Made by a program: the position numbers and the translations under genes. From sequence record SRR20825010_1557: 43,218 bases of DNA, one strand, 5' to 3'. Under the pieces are notes generated by a model. The model did no database searches, was not told the origin of the DNA, and saw only the letters and a program-made list of their open reading frames with translations. Positions 1 through 9,034 of this stretch are shown here, piece after piece; the stretch's first letter is position 1, and each line of letters starts with the position of its first letter.

Positions 1-1
1 G

Positions 2-382
2 CGGGTGATCGGAAATATACAGCTCCATGATGTTGCGCCGGAGCTTGCCCAGCTTGCCGTTCTGGGTGGTGACGGCCATGCCCTCGGACACCGGCGTGGT
101 ACAGGAGGCCGGATAGCCGCGGCGGCCCTCGATCTCCACCGCGCACAGGCGACAGGAACCGAAGGCTTCGAGGTTGTCCGATGCGCACAGCTTGGGAATG
201 TTGATACCCGCCAGGGTGGCTGCCCGCAGCACCGAAGTGCCTTCGGGCACTGCGATATCGGTGCCGTCAATGGACAGGCTAACCAGGGTTTCGGAGGTGC
301 TGGGCGGCGTACCATAGTCGATATCGGGGTTCAGGCCGCCTGTACCTCGGTTAAAAGTGCCCGGATCAAAATATTGCAACAT
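2..382 (-). CDS. fdsA: NAD-dependent formate dehydrogenase alpha subunit, N-terminal part (runs off the left edge of the window)
   Basis: Not in the ORF track; translated by hand from ATG at 382: MLQYFDPG...SLSIDGTDIAVPEGTSVLRAATLAGINIPKLCASDNLEAFGSCRLCAVEIEGRRGYPASCTTPV...ELYISDHP. This is the NuoG/FdsA-type N-terminal 2Fe-2S domain. It lies directly downstream of fdsB. Confidence 0.9.
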   Translation of the reverse strand, partial: MLQYFDPGTFNRGTGGLNPDIDYGTPPSTSETLVSLSIDGTDIAVPEGTSVLRAATLAGINIPKLCASDNLEAFGSCRLCAVEIEGRRGYPASCTTPVSEGMAVTTQNGKLGKLRRNIMELYISDHP

Positions 383-406
383 CGTTATTGCCCCCACTCG
401 CGTCGG

Positions 407-1948
407 TCAGGCCGTCAGGTCGTCCGGAAAATGTGTCATCACGCTCTGTACCGGGAACGGGGTCATGCCCCCCATTGCACAAAGGGAACCGTCGACCATG
501 GTCTCGCACAGCTCTTCCAGCAGAACCAGGTTGGCCTCACGGTTCTCACCGGCGCGTATCCGGTCAATCACTTCCACACCACGCACCGATCCGATCCGGC
601 AGGGCGTGCATTTGCCGCAGGACTCCACGGTGCAGAACTCCATGGCGAACCGGGCCTGCTCTCCCATGTCCACGGTGTCGTCAAACACCACCACGCCGCC
701 ATGGCCGATACCCGCGCCAAGCTGGCCGAAGGCCTCGTAATCCATGGGCGTGTTCCACTGACTTTCCGGCATATACGCCATCAGCGGGCCGCCCACCTGG
801 ACCGCTTTCATGGGGCGGCCCGAGAAGGTGCCGCCACCGAAATCTTCGAGGATCTCCCGCAAACTAACGCCAAAGGCCAACTCAATCAGGCCGCCCTGGC
901 GGATGTTGCCCGCAAGCTGGATCGGCAGCGTGCCCCGTGACTTGCCCATGCCGTAGTCCGCATAGGCCTGGCCACCCTGAGCCAGAATGAACGGCACAGC
1001 GGCAAATGACAGTACGTTATTGACCACGGTGGGCTGGCCGAACAGCCCTTTGATCGCGGGCAGGGGCGGCTTTGCTCGAACCAGGCCGCGCTTGCCCTCC
1101 AGGCTTTCCAGCAGGGAGGTTTCCTCACCACAGATGTAGGCGCCCGCCGCCAGCCGCACCTCCAGATGGAAGGCACGACCGCTGCCCCGGACATCCTGGC
1201 CCAGATAGCCTTCGGCTTCGGCACGACGGATCGCTTCATTCAGAATGCGGTGCGCCACCGGGTATTCCGACCGCAGATAGATGAATCCCTGGGTCGCCCC
1301 AACCGCCAGCCCGGCAATGGTCATGCCTTCGATCAGCATGTAAGGGTCACATTCCATGGCGAGCCGGTCTGCGAAGGTGCCGGAATCACCCTCATCGGCG
1401 TTGCAGACGACGTACTTCTGCTGCTGCCAGGGCTCATCGTGTACGGTCTGCCACTTGATACCGGTGGGAAAGGCTGCGCCACCCCGACCACGGAGGCCGG
1501 AGGCTTTGACCTCGTCGACAATGCCCTGGGGCTCCACGCTGATCGCCGTTTCCAGGCCGTCAAAGCCGCCATGATCACGATAGTCGGTAATCGACAGCGG
1601 ATCGGTGATGCCAATACGGGAAAAAGTCAGGCGTTGCTGGCGTTTCAGGTAGGGAATATCGGCCACCGGGCCAAGAAACAGAGGATGGCCGGACGCACCA
1701 TCGAACAACCCGGCCTCCACCAGCCCCTGAACGTCATCCGGTTCCACCGGGCCATAGCCGATCCGGCCGCTGGCCGTCTCGACTTCCACCATAGGTTCAA
1801 GCCAGAACAACCCTCGGGAACCGTTACGAACCAGTTCAATAGCCACACCCTGAACTCCGGCATGGTGTTCTATCAGTCTCGCCACGTCATCCGCCCCCAT
1901 GGACAGGGCGGTGGTATCGCAGGGCACGTAGATTCTGGTTGCCATCAT
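407..1948 (-). CDS. fdsB: Formate dehydrogenase beta subunit (NuoF-like; FMN/NADH-binding, 4Fe-4S)
   Basis: Motifs SGLRGRGGAAFPTGIKW, CNADEGDSGTFADR, GAYICGEETSL and ESCGKCTPCRIG; lies between the gamma and alpha subunit genes. Confidence 0.93.
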   Translation of the reverse strand: MMATRIYVPCDTTALSMGADDVARLIEHHAGVQGVAIELVRNGSRGLFWLEPMVEVETASGRIGYGPVEPDDVQGLVEAGLFDGASGHPLFLGPVADIPYLKRQQRLTFSRIGITDPLSITDYRDHGGFDGLETAISVEPQGIVDEVKASGLRGRGGAAFPTGIKWQTVHDEPWQQQKYVVCNADEGDSGTFADRLAMECDPYMLIEGMTIAGLAVGATQGFIYLRSEYPVAHRILNEAIRRAEAEGYLGQDVRGSGRAFHLEVRLAAGAYICGEETSLLESLEGKRGLVRAKPPLPAIKGLFGQPTVVNNVLSFAAVPFILAQGGQAYADYGMGKSRGTLPIQLAGNIRQGGLIELAFGVSLREILEDFGGGTFSGRPMKAVQVGGPLMAYMPESQWNTPMDYEAFGQLGAGIGHGGVVVFDDTVDMGEQARFAMEFCTVESCGKCTPCRIGSVRGVEVIDRIRAGENREANLVLLEELCETMVDGSLCAMGGMTPFPVQSVMTHFPDDLTA

Positions 1949-1962
1949 CGATGCTCCCGTGA

Positions 1963-2493
1963 TTACCGGATGTCCAGCGCGGACGTGGTGAGCTTGTCCG
2001 CCAGGCGATCAAACTTCTGCGGCGTCATGCGGCCGTGGATATCGTCATTCACGCGGATGGAAGGGGCACAGGCGCAGTTGCCCAGGCAGTAGACAGGCTC
2101 CAGGGTAAACTCGTTGTCGGCTGAGGTGCCGTGATAGTCCACCCCCAGGCGGTCCTTGATATGCGCTTCAAGCATGCGCCCACCCATGGCCTGACAGGCC
2201 TCGGCGCGACACACGTGAATCACCTTGCTGCCCACCGGATGAGTGCGGAAATGGTGGTAGAAACTGATCACACCATGGACTTCGGCACGGGTCTGCTGCA
2301 GCGCCTCAGCGATGATGGCCACGGCGCCCTCAGGGATGTAACCAATCCGGTTCTGGACGGCGTGCAGGATGGGGAGCAGGGCGCCAGGCTTGTGTTTCAG
2401 GGCGTCCATTTCCGCCCGGACCATGTCAGGTGTCCAGTCGCGGGCGTAAGCCATGGCGCCGAGTGATTGCTGATTCACCTCTGACATATGCAT
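1963..2493 (-). CDS. fdsG: Formate dehydrogenase gamma subunit (NuoE-like 2Fe-2S); start uncertain (2493, 2487 or 2454)
   Basis: Motifs GALLPILHAVQ, AEVHGVISFYHHF, VCRAEACQ and VYCLGNCACAP. The ORF-track extension to 2592 overlaps the divergent regulator and is unlikely. Confidence 0.88.
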   Translation of the reverse strand: MHMSEVNQQSLGAMAYARDWTPDMVRAEMDALKHKPGALLPILHAVQNRIGYIPEGAVAIIAEALQQTRAEVHGVISFYHHFRTHPVGSKVIHVCRAEACQAMGGRMLEAHIKDRLGVDYHGTSADNEFTLEPVYCLGNCACAPSIRVNDDIHGRMTPQKFDRLADKLTTSALDIR

Positions 2494-2594
2494 ACTTGTT
2501 CCTATTGTTTCTTGTTCTGTTACAGTATCTGAACAGTAATAGCCATACGCTACCACTCCATCATCGCCGACGGAATATGAATAGGAATGCATAA
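2486..2594. promoter_or_regulatory. Two putative FdsR operators: ATATG-N10-CCTAT (2486-2505) and ATATG-N10-CATAA (2575-2594)
   Basis: Both fit the dyad ATANG-N10-CNTAT that I recall for Cupriavidus necator FdsR (the second with one mismatch). The two sites also resemble each other in the spacer when read in opposite orientations. Confidence 0.6.
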
Positions 2595-3663
2595 GAAAAG
2601 GCTGTCTATTTCCCCTGCCTGGGTCTTCCGAACCGATAACGGTGAGCTGTTCGAGCCGGTATTATTCCGCCTGCTCGAAACGATCCGCGACAGTGGCAAA
2701 CTGACCGCGGCGGCAGAGGCGGCCGGCGTGTCTTACCGCCACGCCTGGAACTTGCTCAATCGCAGTTCCGATGTTTTCGGAATGCCACTGGTGATCATGC
2801 GCAAGGGGCACGGCACCGAGCTGTCCGCCCTGGGCGAGAAATTGCTGTGGGCAGATCAGCGGGTCAAAGCCCGGCTCGGGCCTCAGATAGACAGCATGGC
2901 GTCCGAATTTAACGACCAGATCCAGCAACTGCTGGCCGGTGAGCACCCGGTCCTTCGCCTTCACGCCAGTCATGGTTATGCCGTGGCCCTGCTCCCGGAG
3001 TTCTCAGACCGCGTTGAAGTCAACCTCCAATACCGCAACCCCGAAGAGGCACTGACCGCCCTCAATCGCGGCGAATGCGACCTGGCAAGCTTTCACTTTC
3101 CCACCTGCCCGGAACGGGCCCGGGAAATCATGGCCCATTACCAGCATCAGCTGGCCGGCAAACAATTCCGGCTGATTCGTTTTGTCACCCGGCGCGAAGG
3201 CCTGATGATGCGCAAGGACGCCCCGGTGAAGGTCCATAACCTGTCGGAACTGGCCGCTTCCAGGCTCCGTTTTATCGGCCGTGATCGCCATTCCGGCACC
3301 CGCATCCTGTTCAACCTTCTGCTACGTCAGGCGGGACTCACTGAAAAGAGCATCAACCGCTCGCCTCAGCACGAGTTCACACACACAGCCGTCGCTGCCT
3401 TTGTCGCGTCGGGAATGGCGGATGTAGGCTTCGGCGTGGAAGCGGCGGCCAGCCAGTTCAACCTTGATTTCGTGGAAATGGCCAGCGAGCACTACCTCCT
3501 GCTCTGCCATGAAGAGCGGCTGGGGCAGGACAACCTGTCGCACCTGATTGAGCTGATGCGCTCGCAGGCCTTTATCGATCGGATCGAACACCTTCCCGGC
3601 TATGAGCCGGACAGTCCGGGAACCATCACTACCTTCGAACAGTTACTCGCAGGCACAGGCTGA
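2587..3663 (+). CDS. fdsR: FdsR-like transcriptional regulator (ModE-type HTH plus periplasmic-binding-protein-like domain)
   Basis: HTH SGKLTAAAEAAGVSYRHAW; C-terminal motifs RDRHSGTR and EFTHTAVAAFVASGMADVGFG; divergent from fdsGBA. Confidence 0.8.
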   Translation: MHKKRLSISPAWVFRTDNGELFEPVLFRLLETIRDSGKLTAAAEAAGVSYRHAWNLLNRSSDVFGMPLVIMRKGHGTELSALGEKLLWADQRVKARLGPQIDSMASEFNDQIQQLLAGEHPVLRLHASHGYAVALLPEFSDRVEVNLQYRNPEEALTALNRGECDLASFHFPTCPERAREIMAHYQHQLAGKQFRLIRFVTRREGLMMRKDAPVKVHNLSELAASRLRFIGRDRHSGTRILFNLLLRQAGLTEKSINRSPQHEFTHTAVAAFVASGMADVGFGVEAAASQFNLDFVEMASEHYLLLCHEERLGQDNLSHLIELMRSQAFIDRIEHLPGYEPDSPGTITTFEQLLAGTG

Positions 3664-3697
3664 ACCGAGTCGAAAATCCCCGTAAATGGTCTTGCAT

Positions 3698-3738
3698 AAA
3701 AAAGCCGGACGTCGGTCACCCGACATTCCGGCTTTCTT
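3698..3738. terminator. Bidirectional intrinsic terminator between convergent fdsR and the PEBP gene
   Basis: AAAAAAGCCGGA-CGTCGG-TCAC-CCGACA-TTCCGGCTTTCTT hairpin with A and T tracts. Confidence 0.75.
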
Positions 3739-3763
3739 GCGGATGGCGCCAGCCTGTGGCTGC

Positions 3764-4393
3764 TCAGTCTTTACGTAAATCCGGATTCAGCGTGTAGGTA
3801 CCGGTCACCCGGGCGCTGGCCAGAACGTGACCTGCCATGGCTTCACGAACTGCGGCACCATCGAACTCACCATCCAGCCCCAGAGTTTCAACATCCAGCG
3901 CGTGCACTTCGTAGTGGTAATGATGGAGGATCTCATCGTTCCAGGGCGGACAGGGACCGTCGTAACCGGCATAGGTTCCTGCCATGTCGGGATTGCCAGC
4001 CAGGAACTGGGTGTAGTTGTTCACGCCACGGATACCGATCGGGCCCGGACCGGGCTCCTTGCCCTTGGGAATCACACCATCGCTGTCCTCGCCCTCGGGG
4101 ATGCGGGACGTGGTGGCCGGCACGTCCACCAGCAGCCAGTGGAAAAAATCCACCCGGGGAATGTCCTTCGACACGGTTTTGCCTTCCTGATTGACGTCGT
4201 CCGCCACGCTGGGCACGTCCGGGTCAAACATCATCACCACGAAACTCCTGGTGCCCTCCGGCGCGTCCTCCCAGACCAGTTCCGGGTTGCGGTTGGGGCC
4301 AAAGCTCATGTGGTCCTGTTCGCTGTAGACACCAAACGCGAATTTCTCCGGCACCGGTTGGCCTTCTTCAATACCTCGAACCTTGATTTTCAC
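3764..4393 (-). CDS. YbhB/YbcL-family (PEBP, Raf kinase inhibitor-like) protein
   Basis: Motifs SFVVMMFDPDVP, FFHWLLVDVP and GYDGPCPP...HHYHYEVHALD. Confidence 0.9.
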   Translation of the reverse strand: MKIKVRGIEEGQPVPEKFAFGVYSEQDHMSFGPNRNPELVWEDAPEGTRSFVVMMFDPDVPSVADDVNQEGKTVSKDIPRVDFFHWLLVDVPATTSRIPEGEDSDGVIPKGKEPGPGPIGIRGVNNYTQFLAGNPDMAGTYAGYDGPCPPWNDEILHHYHYEVHALDVETLGLDGEFDGAAVREAMAGHVLASARVTGTYTLNPDLRKD

Positions 4394-4558
4394 AGTCCTG
4401 TTCTCCTGTACCCTTGATGGTTTTGCTTACCTGATAGCACGGTTTTAACAGTGGCGTTGTGGGTCTGTCCAGATCCATACCGTACCCAAGTCCAATTCTT
4501 GGCTGGCTCCAAGCGTGTTACGGTTGCTCAAGATTCGCTATGAAACCAGAGGAAAACC

Positions 4559-5089
4559 ATGAGCCACGACAAGCCAACCAGGCCCCAGAACCCCGACAAC
4601 CAAAAGGACGAAGACGCCATTGCTTTCGCCCAGGGGTTGTTCGAACTGGCCCGGAATGGTGGTGCCGGCCCCCTCAGCGTGATGCTCAACGCCGGCGTAC
4701 CCGTGGACATCCGCACCAACACCGGTGACAGCCTGCTGATGCTCGCCTGCAGCAACGGCCACAAAGACACCGCGCGCCTGCTGCTGGAACAGGGTGCCGA
4801 CCCCAACCTGGCCAACGACCAGCTACAAACGCCCCTGGCCAGCGCGGTGTATCAGGGCAATACCGACATTGTAGACCTGCTGCTGACCTCCGGCGCCGAC
4901 GTCGACCATCGCCCGGCAGGCGCCAAAACACCGCTGATGGTCGCCGCCATGTTCAATCGGGTGGATATGATTGGGCGTTTGCTGGAAGCAGGCGCGGATA
5001 AATCGTTGAAAGATGAGGATGGGCAAACGGCAGAGGATCTGGCCCGGACCATGGAAGCGAACGAGGCTATCGGGGCGTTGTCGTCGTAG
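4559..5089 (+). CDS. Ankyrin-repeat protein (AnkB-like)
   Basis: Repeated ankyrin units: GDSLLMLACSNGH...LLEQGADPN, TPLASAVYQGN...LLTSGADVD, TPLMVAAMFN. Confidence 0.88.
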   Translation: MSHDKPTRPQNPDNQKDEDAIAFAQGLFELARNGGAGPLSVMLNAGVPVDIRTNTGDSLLMLACSNGHKDTARLLLEQGADPNLANDQLQTPLASAVYQGNTDIVDLLLTSGADVDHRPAGAKTPLMVAAMFNRVDMIGRLLEAGADKSLKDEDGQTAEDLARTMEANEAIGALSS

Positions 5090-5927
5090 CGGCAGAATCA
5101 CGAACAAAACGCCTCAGCGTGACTTCGACCGTCACCGCCAGGGTTTCGAGTGTCTCGGCACGAACCCGCCCCTCCGCAGGCGCCCGGTAAAAATGCGGCG
5201 TCATCGCCAGCAGGTCGGCAATCGCCTCCTGGCTTTCCAGGGTCAGTGAATAACGAATCGTCTCTGTCCCCAGACTCAAAAAACCTTCAGGCACGTCAAC
5301 AGCTGGCGGCTTTTCGGGCTTGAGCGACGGATAGATAATCTCCCGCAGTTCCCGCAGGTGATCGGGGCCAGCGTCGGCCTGGATCAGGATGCCGCCGGGT
5401 TTGAGCACACGGGCAAACTCACTGTAGACGGGAAAGCCAAACAGGCAGAGTACGCAATCCAGGCTGCCGTTCAACACCGGCAGGTTAGCGTTACTGCCGA
5501 CCAGCCAACGGGGGCGCTTATCCTGCTTCGCGGCGGCCAAGGTCGCCCACTTGGAGATATCCACTCCCACCAGCGCAAGAGACCTCTCCGTATTTGCCGC
5601 TGCCAGTTGCCGGAGGTAATAGCCCTCTCCACACCCAGCGTCCAGGCAGGCCAGTGGTTTGGCATCGTCGGCTCCGGGCGCCACCGCTTTGTTCACGGCC
5701 CCGGCAATGGGCTGATAGAAACCGGCATTCAGGAAGCGCCGGCGCGCCGCCACCATGTCCTTGCTATCACCCGGGTCCAGCGAGCGCTTCTTCTGGACCG
5801 GCAGCAGGTGCAGGTAGCCCTGGCGGGCAACATCAAAACTGTGACCAGCCGGGCAACGCCAGCAGGTACCGGACTGGTTCAGGGGCTCACCGTCCAACGG
5901 GCAGGCCAGGGCACTGAAGGTGTCCAT
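5067..5927 (-). CDS. rlmA: RlmA-like 23S rRNA m1G methyltransferase (start probably 5927 or 5933)
   Basis: N-terminal zinc finger CPLD...CPAGHSFDVARQGYLHLL, SAM motif LDAGCGEGYY, and C-terminal MTPHFYR. Confidence 0.75.
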   Translation of the reverse strand: MDTFSALACPLDGEPLNQSGTCWRCPAGHSFDVARQGYLHLLPVQKKRSLDPGDSKDMVAARRRFLNAGFYQPIAGAVNKAVAPGADDAKPLACLDAGCGEGYYLRQLAAANTERSLALVGVDISKWATLAAAKQDKRPRWLVGSNANLPVLNGSLDCVLCLFGFPVYSEFARVLKPGGILIQADAGPDHLRELREIIYPSLKPEKPPAVDVPEGFLSLGTETIRYSLTLESQEAIADLLAMTPHFYRAPAEGRVRAETLETLAVTVEVTLRRFVRDSAATTTTPR

Positions 5928-6025
5928 GCTCACAGGCTCGCGGCCTCCGGCCCTGACGTGCGGCTTGAGAAGCGGCGGATAAATGCCCAGAATAACGACG
6001 CAGCGATCAGACAAGGGACGCCACC

Positions 6026-6763
6026 GTGAAGGGCGAGATTATCCATTACACCCGGGACGCACTCGGTGGCATTCTGGTGGTCGACTATCGCAAACATCGG
6101 GTGATGACCTTTGATTCGGTGTTTGAGCAAAGCAAGATAGATCGCCGCAGGCCCCATCTTCCCGTTCATGAGTACAGCCGCGCCATGCTGTTGCCAGTTG
6201 CCTTTGCGCAGCCCGCACACGCCACGATACTTGGCCTCGGCGGCGGCGTGATGGCCAGTGCGCTGCTGCACCTGCTGCCGGAGTGCCAGGTCCACGCGGT
6301 GGAACTGCGGCCCCGGGTGCTGGAGGTGGCCCGCGAATACTTCAGCCTGCCGCATTCCGCCAACCTGACGATGACCATCGGCGATGCCAGGGACGCTCTC
6401 GGCAAAGCGCCGGACGGTAGCAGCGACCTCATCCTGGCCGACATGTACAACTCCGACCGTATGAGCCCGGCCCAGGCCCAGCGGCAGTTTATCAGACAAT
6501 GCAGCCGGGTACTTGGCGACGACGGCTGGCTCGCCATCAATTATCACCGCACGCCGGACATCAATGGTCCGTTGTTCCACCAGCTGCGCGCGGGGTTTGC
6601 AGTCCTCCTGCTGTTCAAGAGTAAAACCAACAACACGGTGATCTTCGCCAGCAAGCGTCCCTTTGAAGCCCTGCACACCAAAGCCCCCTCCCTGGTGGCG
6701 CTGGAAAACCGCCTGCCTATCGACTGGCGACGTTTAATGGGGCGGGTGATTCGCCTGAACTGA
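6026..6763 (+). CDS. Spermidine-synthase-like SAM-dependent methyltransferase
   Basis: Motifs ILGLGGG, AVELRPRVLEVAREYF, GDA and DLILADMY. Confidence 0.8.
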   Translation: MKGEIIHYTRDALGGILVVDYRKHRVMTFDSVFEQSKIDRRRPHLPVHEYSRAMLLPVAFAQPAHATILGLGGGVMASALLHLLPECQVHAVELRPRVLEVAREYFSLPHSANLTMTIGDARDALGKAPDGSSDLILADMYNSDRMSPAQAQRQFIRQCSRVLGDDGWLAINYHRTPDINGPLFHQLRAGFAVLLLFKSKTNNTVIFASKRPFEALHTKAPSLVALENRLPIDWRRLMGRVIRLN

Positions 6764-6845
6764 TCGACCTCTGCTTTCCTTCTCAGCCTTCATTTCTCCT
6801 CACAAAGTAGCACCTGCCCGGCCCGGAGGTCGCATTGTGCCCGCA

Positions 6846-6861
6846 TGGCAAATCTCTAGCA
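6846..6861 (+). promoter_or_regulatory. Putative sigma-54 (-24/-12) promoter for the NosR-like gene
   Basis: TGGCAAATCTCTAGCA has exact GG-N10-GC spacing and ends 40 nt upstream of the ATG at 6901. Confidence 0.65.
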
Positions 6862-6900
6862 TGGATCTGACCAACAACAAGAAATCGATGGAGAGAGACC

Positions 6901-9003
6901 ATGCCCTTGCGGCTATTGCTGCTGTTGGTCCTAGCCTGTTTTCCCCTGGCGACGTATGGCGCCCTGGACGATGAGAAGCAGGCGTTAATCCAGGAACTAT
7001 TCCCCAAGGCCACAGACATTCGTGACCGGTTGCCGGACTACCCGGTGTACCCGGTGTATCAGCTTCAGGAGCTGATAGGCTACGCCTACGAATCCCGCGA
7101 TATCAGTCCACTCCAGGGCTTTGCCGGGAAACCCGTCAGCATGTTGATCGGGCTCGACAGCCGCGGCCGCTTTACCGGCATTCGCATTCTCAACCATCAC
7201 GAACCGGTGTTTCTTCATGGACTTGGCGAAGAACCGCTGTTCGAGTTCATCGACCAGTACGAGGGCCGCTCACTTACCGAACAGATTATTATCGATACGT
7301 CGGGCTCTCGCAGCGGCAAAAGCCCGGATGGCAACGTGGTGCATTTCGATGGAGTGAGTAAGGCCACGGTCTCCGTGCTGATCATCAACGACACGGTTCT
7401 GTCCTCGGCCCTCAAGGTGGCTCGAAAGAAGCTCGCCGGATTTACTCAGGAAGCGCCTACCCGGGCGAAAACCGATCTCTACCAACCGCTGTCGTGGGCG
7501 CAACTGATCGAACGGGGGTACATCGGCCACTGGCGTATCAGCTCTGCGGCGATCGAACAGAAACTGGGCTCGCCCCTGGTGGATTATCCCGAGGCGTCGC
7601 AACCTGACCCTGGCGAGCCTTTCGCCGAGCTGTTTTTCGGCTACATCAACGCACCAATGGTGGGCCGCAATCTGTTGGGCGACGAAGGTTTCCAGCGGCT
7701 GAAAGAAAAGACGGGGCCAGACGCCCAGATACTGGCCGTCATGTCCCGCGGACTTTACCCACACCTACCGGATGACTTCACCCCAGGAAGCTCACCGGAT
7801 CGCCTGGGATTGCAGCAAAATAGTCTGTCGCTGGACATTCGCGATATCAACGTGTTCGACCAGAACATACAGATCAACGCCGACGGCATGCCGGAGTTCG
7901 CCCGGACAACCCTGTTCCGGGTCGGCGGCAACGCAGGCTTCAATCCCGGTGCCGAAGCGACTCTGAAGCTGGGCGTCACATTGCGGAAGAATCACCTGGT
8001 TGCCGACAGCACCGAGCTGGAGATCCCGATGGCCTTTGCGCAGGAGCTGTTCGAAGCCGTCGAGGTGACACCTCGGCCAGAAGACAATCGCCAACCGGTG
8101 TGGATCGGGCTATGGAAGGAACGCTGGTTGACCATTTCCCTGTTGGTCCTCAGTCTCACCCTGTTGACGGTGTTCTTCGCCCGCCAGCGCACCCTGAGCC
8201 AATATCCGAAACTGGTGCATCGGTTCCGCTGGGGCTTTCTGTTCTTCACCCTGTTCTTTATCGGCTTCTATGCTCAGGGTCAGCTTTCGGTGGTGAATAT
8301 CTACACCCTGTTCCTGGCCATCTGGGACGGTTTTTCACTCAACGTATTCCTGATGGACCCGGTGCTGTTTATCCTGTGGACCTACACCTTTATCAGCCTG
8401 TTTGTCTGGGGGCGCGGGCTGTTCTGTGGCTGGCTATGCCCCTTTGGCGCGTTGCAGGAGATGGCGGCCTGGTTGGGCGAGAAACTGAAGTTCCGCCAGG
8501 TGAAAGTACCGGAAAAATGGCATCGGCGGCTGATTCTATTGAAGTACCCGATACTTCTGGTACTGGTGGGAACGGCGTTCTATTCACTGGAACTGGCAGA
8601 GAAGCTGGTGGAAGTGGAACCGTTCAAAACCGGCATCACGCTCTTCTTCGTGCGTTATTGGCCGTTCGTCGCCTATGCCGTTGGCCTGCTGGTGGTGGGT
8701 ATGTTCATCCACAAGTTCTACTGCCGCTACCTTTGCCCGCTCGGGGCCGGCCTGGCGGTTCTGGGCAAGCTGCGCCTGTTCAGTTGGCTCGACCGGGTGG
8801 AGCTGTGCGGCAAGCCTTGCCAGCACTGCAAGAACAGTTGCGGAATCAATGCGATCCATAAAGATGGCCGGATTGACTACAACGAATGCATCCAGTGCCT
8901 GGAGTGCGTGGTGATTCTGAAAGACCAGAGCCAATGCGTGGACAAGGTGCTGGAGAAGAAACGCCAGCGGCAAGCGCAGATACTGGCAACGGATGCGGGC
9001 TGA
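6901..9003 (+). CDS. NosR/NirI-family FMN-binding, 4Fe-4S membrane protein
   Basis: Signal peptide; FMN-binding region (HHEP..., DGVSKATVS); several TM helices; two CX3CP motifs (FCGWLCP, YCRYLCP); C-terminal ferredoxin cysteines (CGKPCQHCKNSC, CIQCLEC). Confidence 0.85.
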   Translation: MPLRLLLLLVLACFPLATYGALDDEKQALIQELFPKATDIRDRLPDYPVYPVYQLQELIGYAYESRDISPLQGFAGKPVSMLIGLDSRGRFTGIRILNHHEPVFLHGLGEEPLFEFIDQYEGRSLTEQIIIDTSGSRSGKSPDGNVVHFDGVSKATVSVLIINDTVLSSALKVARKKLAGFTQEAPTRAKTDLYQPLSWAQLIERGYIGHWRISSAAIEQKLGSPLVDYPEASQPDPGEPFAELFFGYINAPMVGRNLLGDEGFQRLKEKTGPDAQILAVMSRGLYPHLPDDFTPGSSPDRLGLQQNSLSLDIRDINVFDQNIQINADGMPEFARTTLFRVGGNAGFNPGAEATLKLGVTLRKNHLVADSTELEIPMAFAQELFEAVEVTPRPEDNRQPVWIGLWKERWLTISLLVLSLTLLTVFFARQRTLSQYPKLVHRFRWGFLFFTLFFIGFYAQGQLSVVNIYTLFLAIWDGFSLNVFLMDPVLFILWTYTFISLFVWGRGLFCGWLCPFGALQEMAAWLGEKLKFRQVKVPEKWHRRLILLKYPILLVLVGTAFYSLELAEKLVEVEPFKTGITLFFVRYWPFVAYAVGLLVVGMFIHKFYCRYLCPLGAGLAVLGKLRLFSWLDRVELCGKPCQHCKNSCGINAIHKDGRIDYNECIQCLECVVILKDQSQCVDKVLEKKRQRQAQILATDAG

Positions 9004-9034
9004 ACCGCACCCGTAGCGTCAGGGAATCGTTCCG

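Noticed and set aside
3698-3738. Similarity of CCGG-containing hairpins at about 3700, 14745 and 40630 as a REP or repeat family
   Set aside because: Each is a single hairpin at a gene end with a different loop; ordinary intrinsic terminators explain them.
6901-9003. Naming the gene nosR of a denitrification cluster
   Set aside because: No nosZDFYL adjacent and no FNR/DNR box upstream; only the family assignment is supported.
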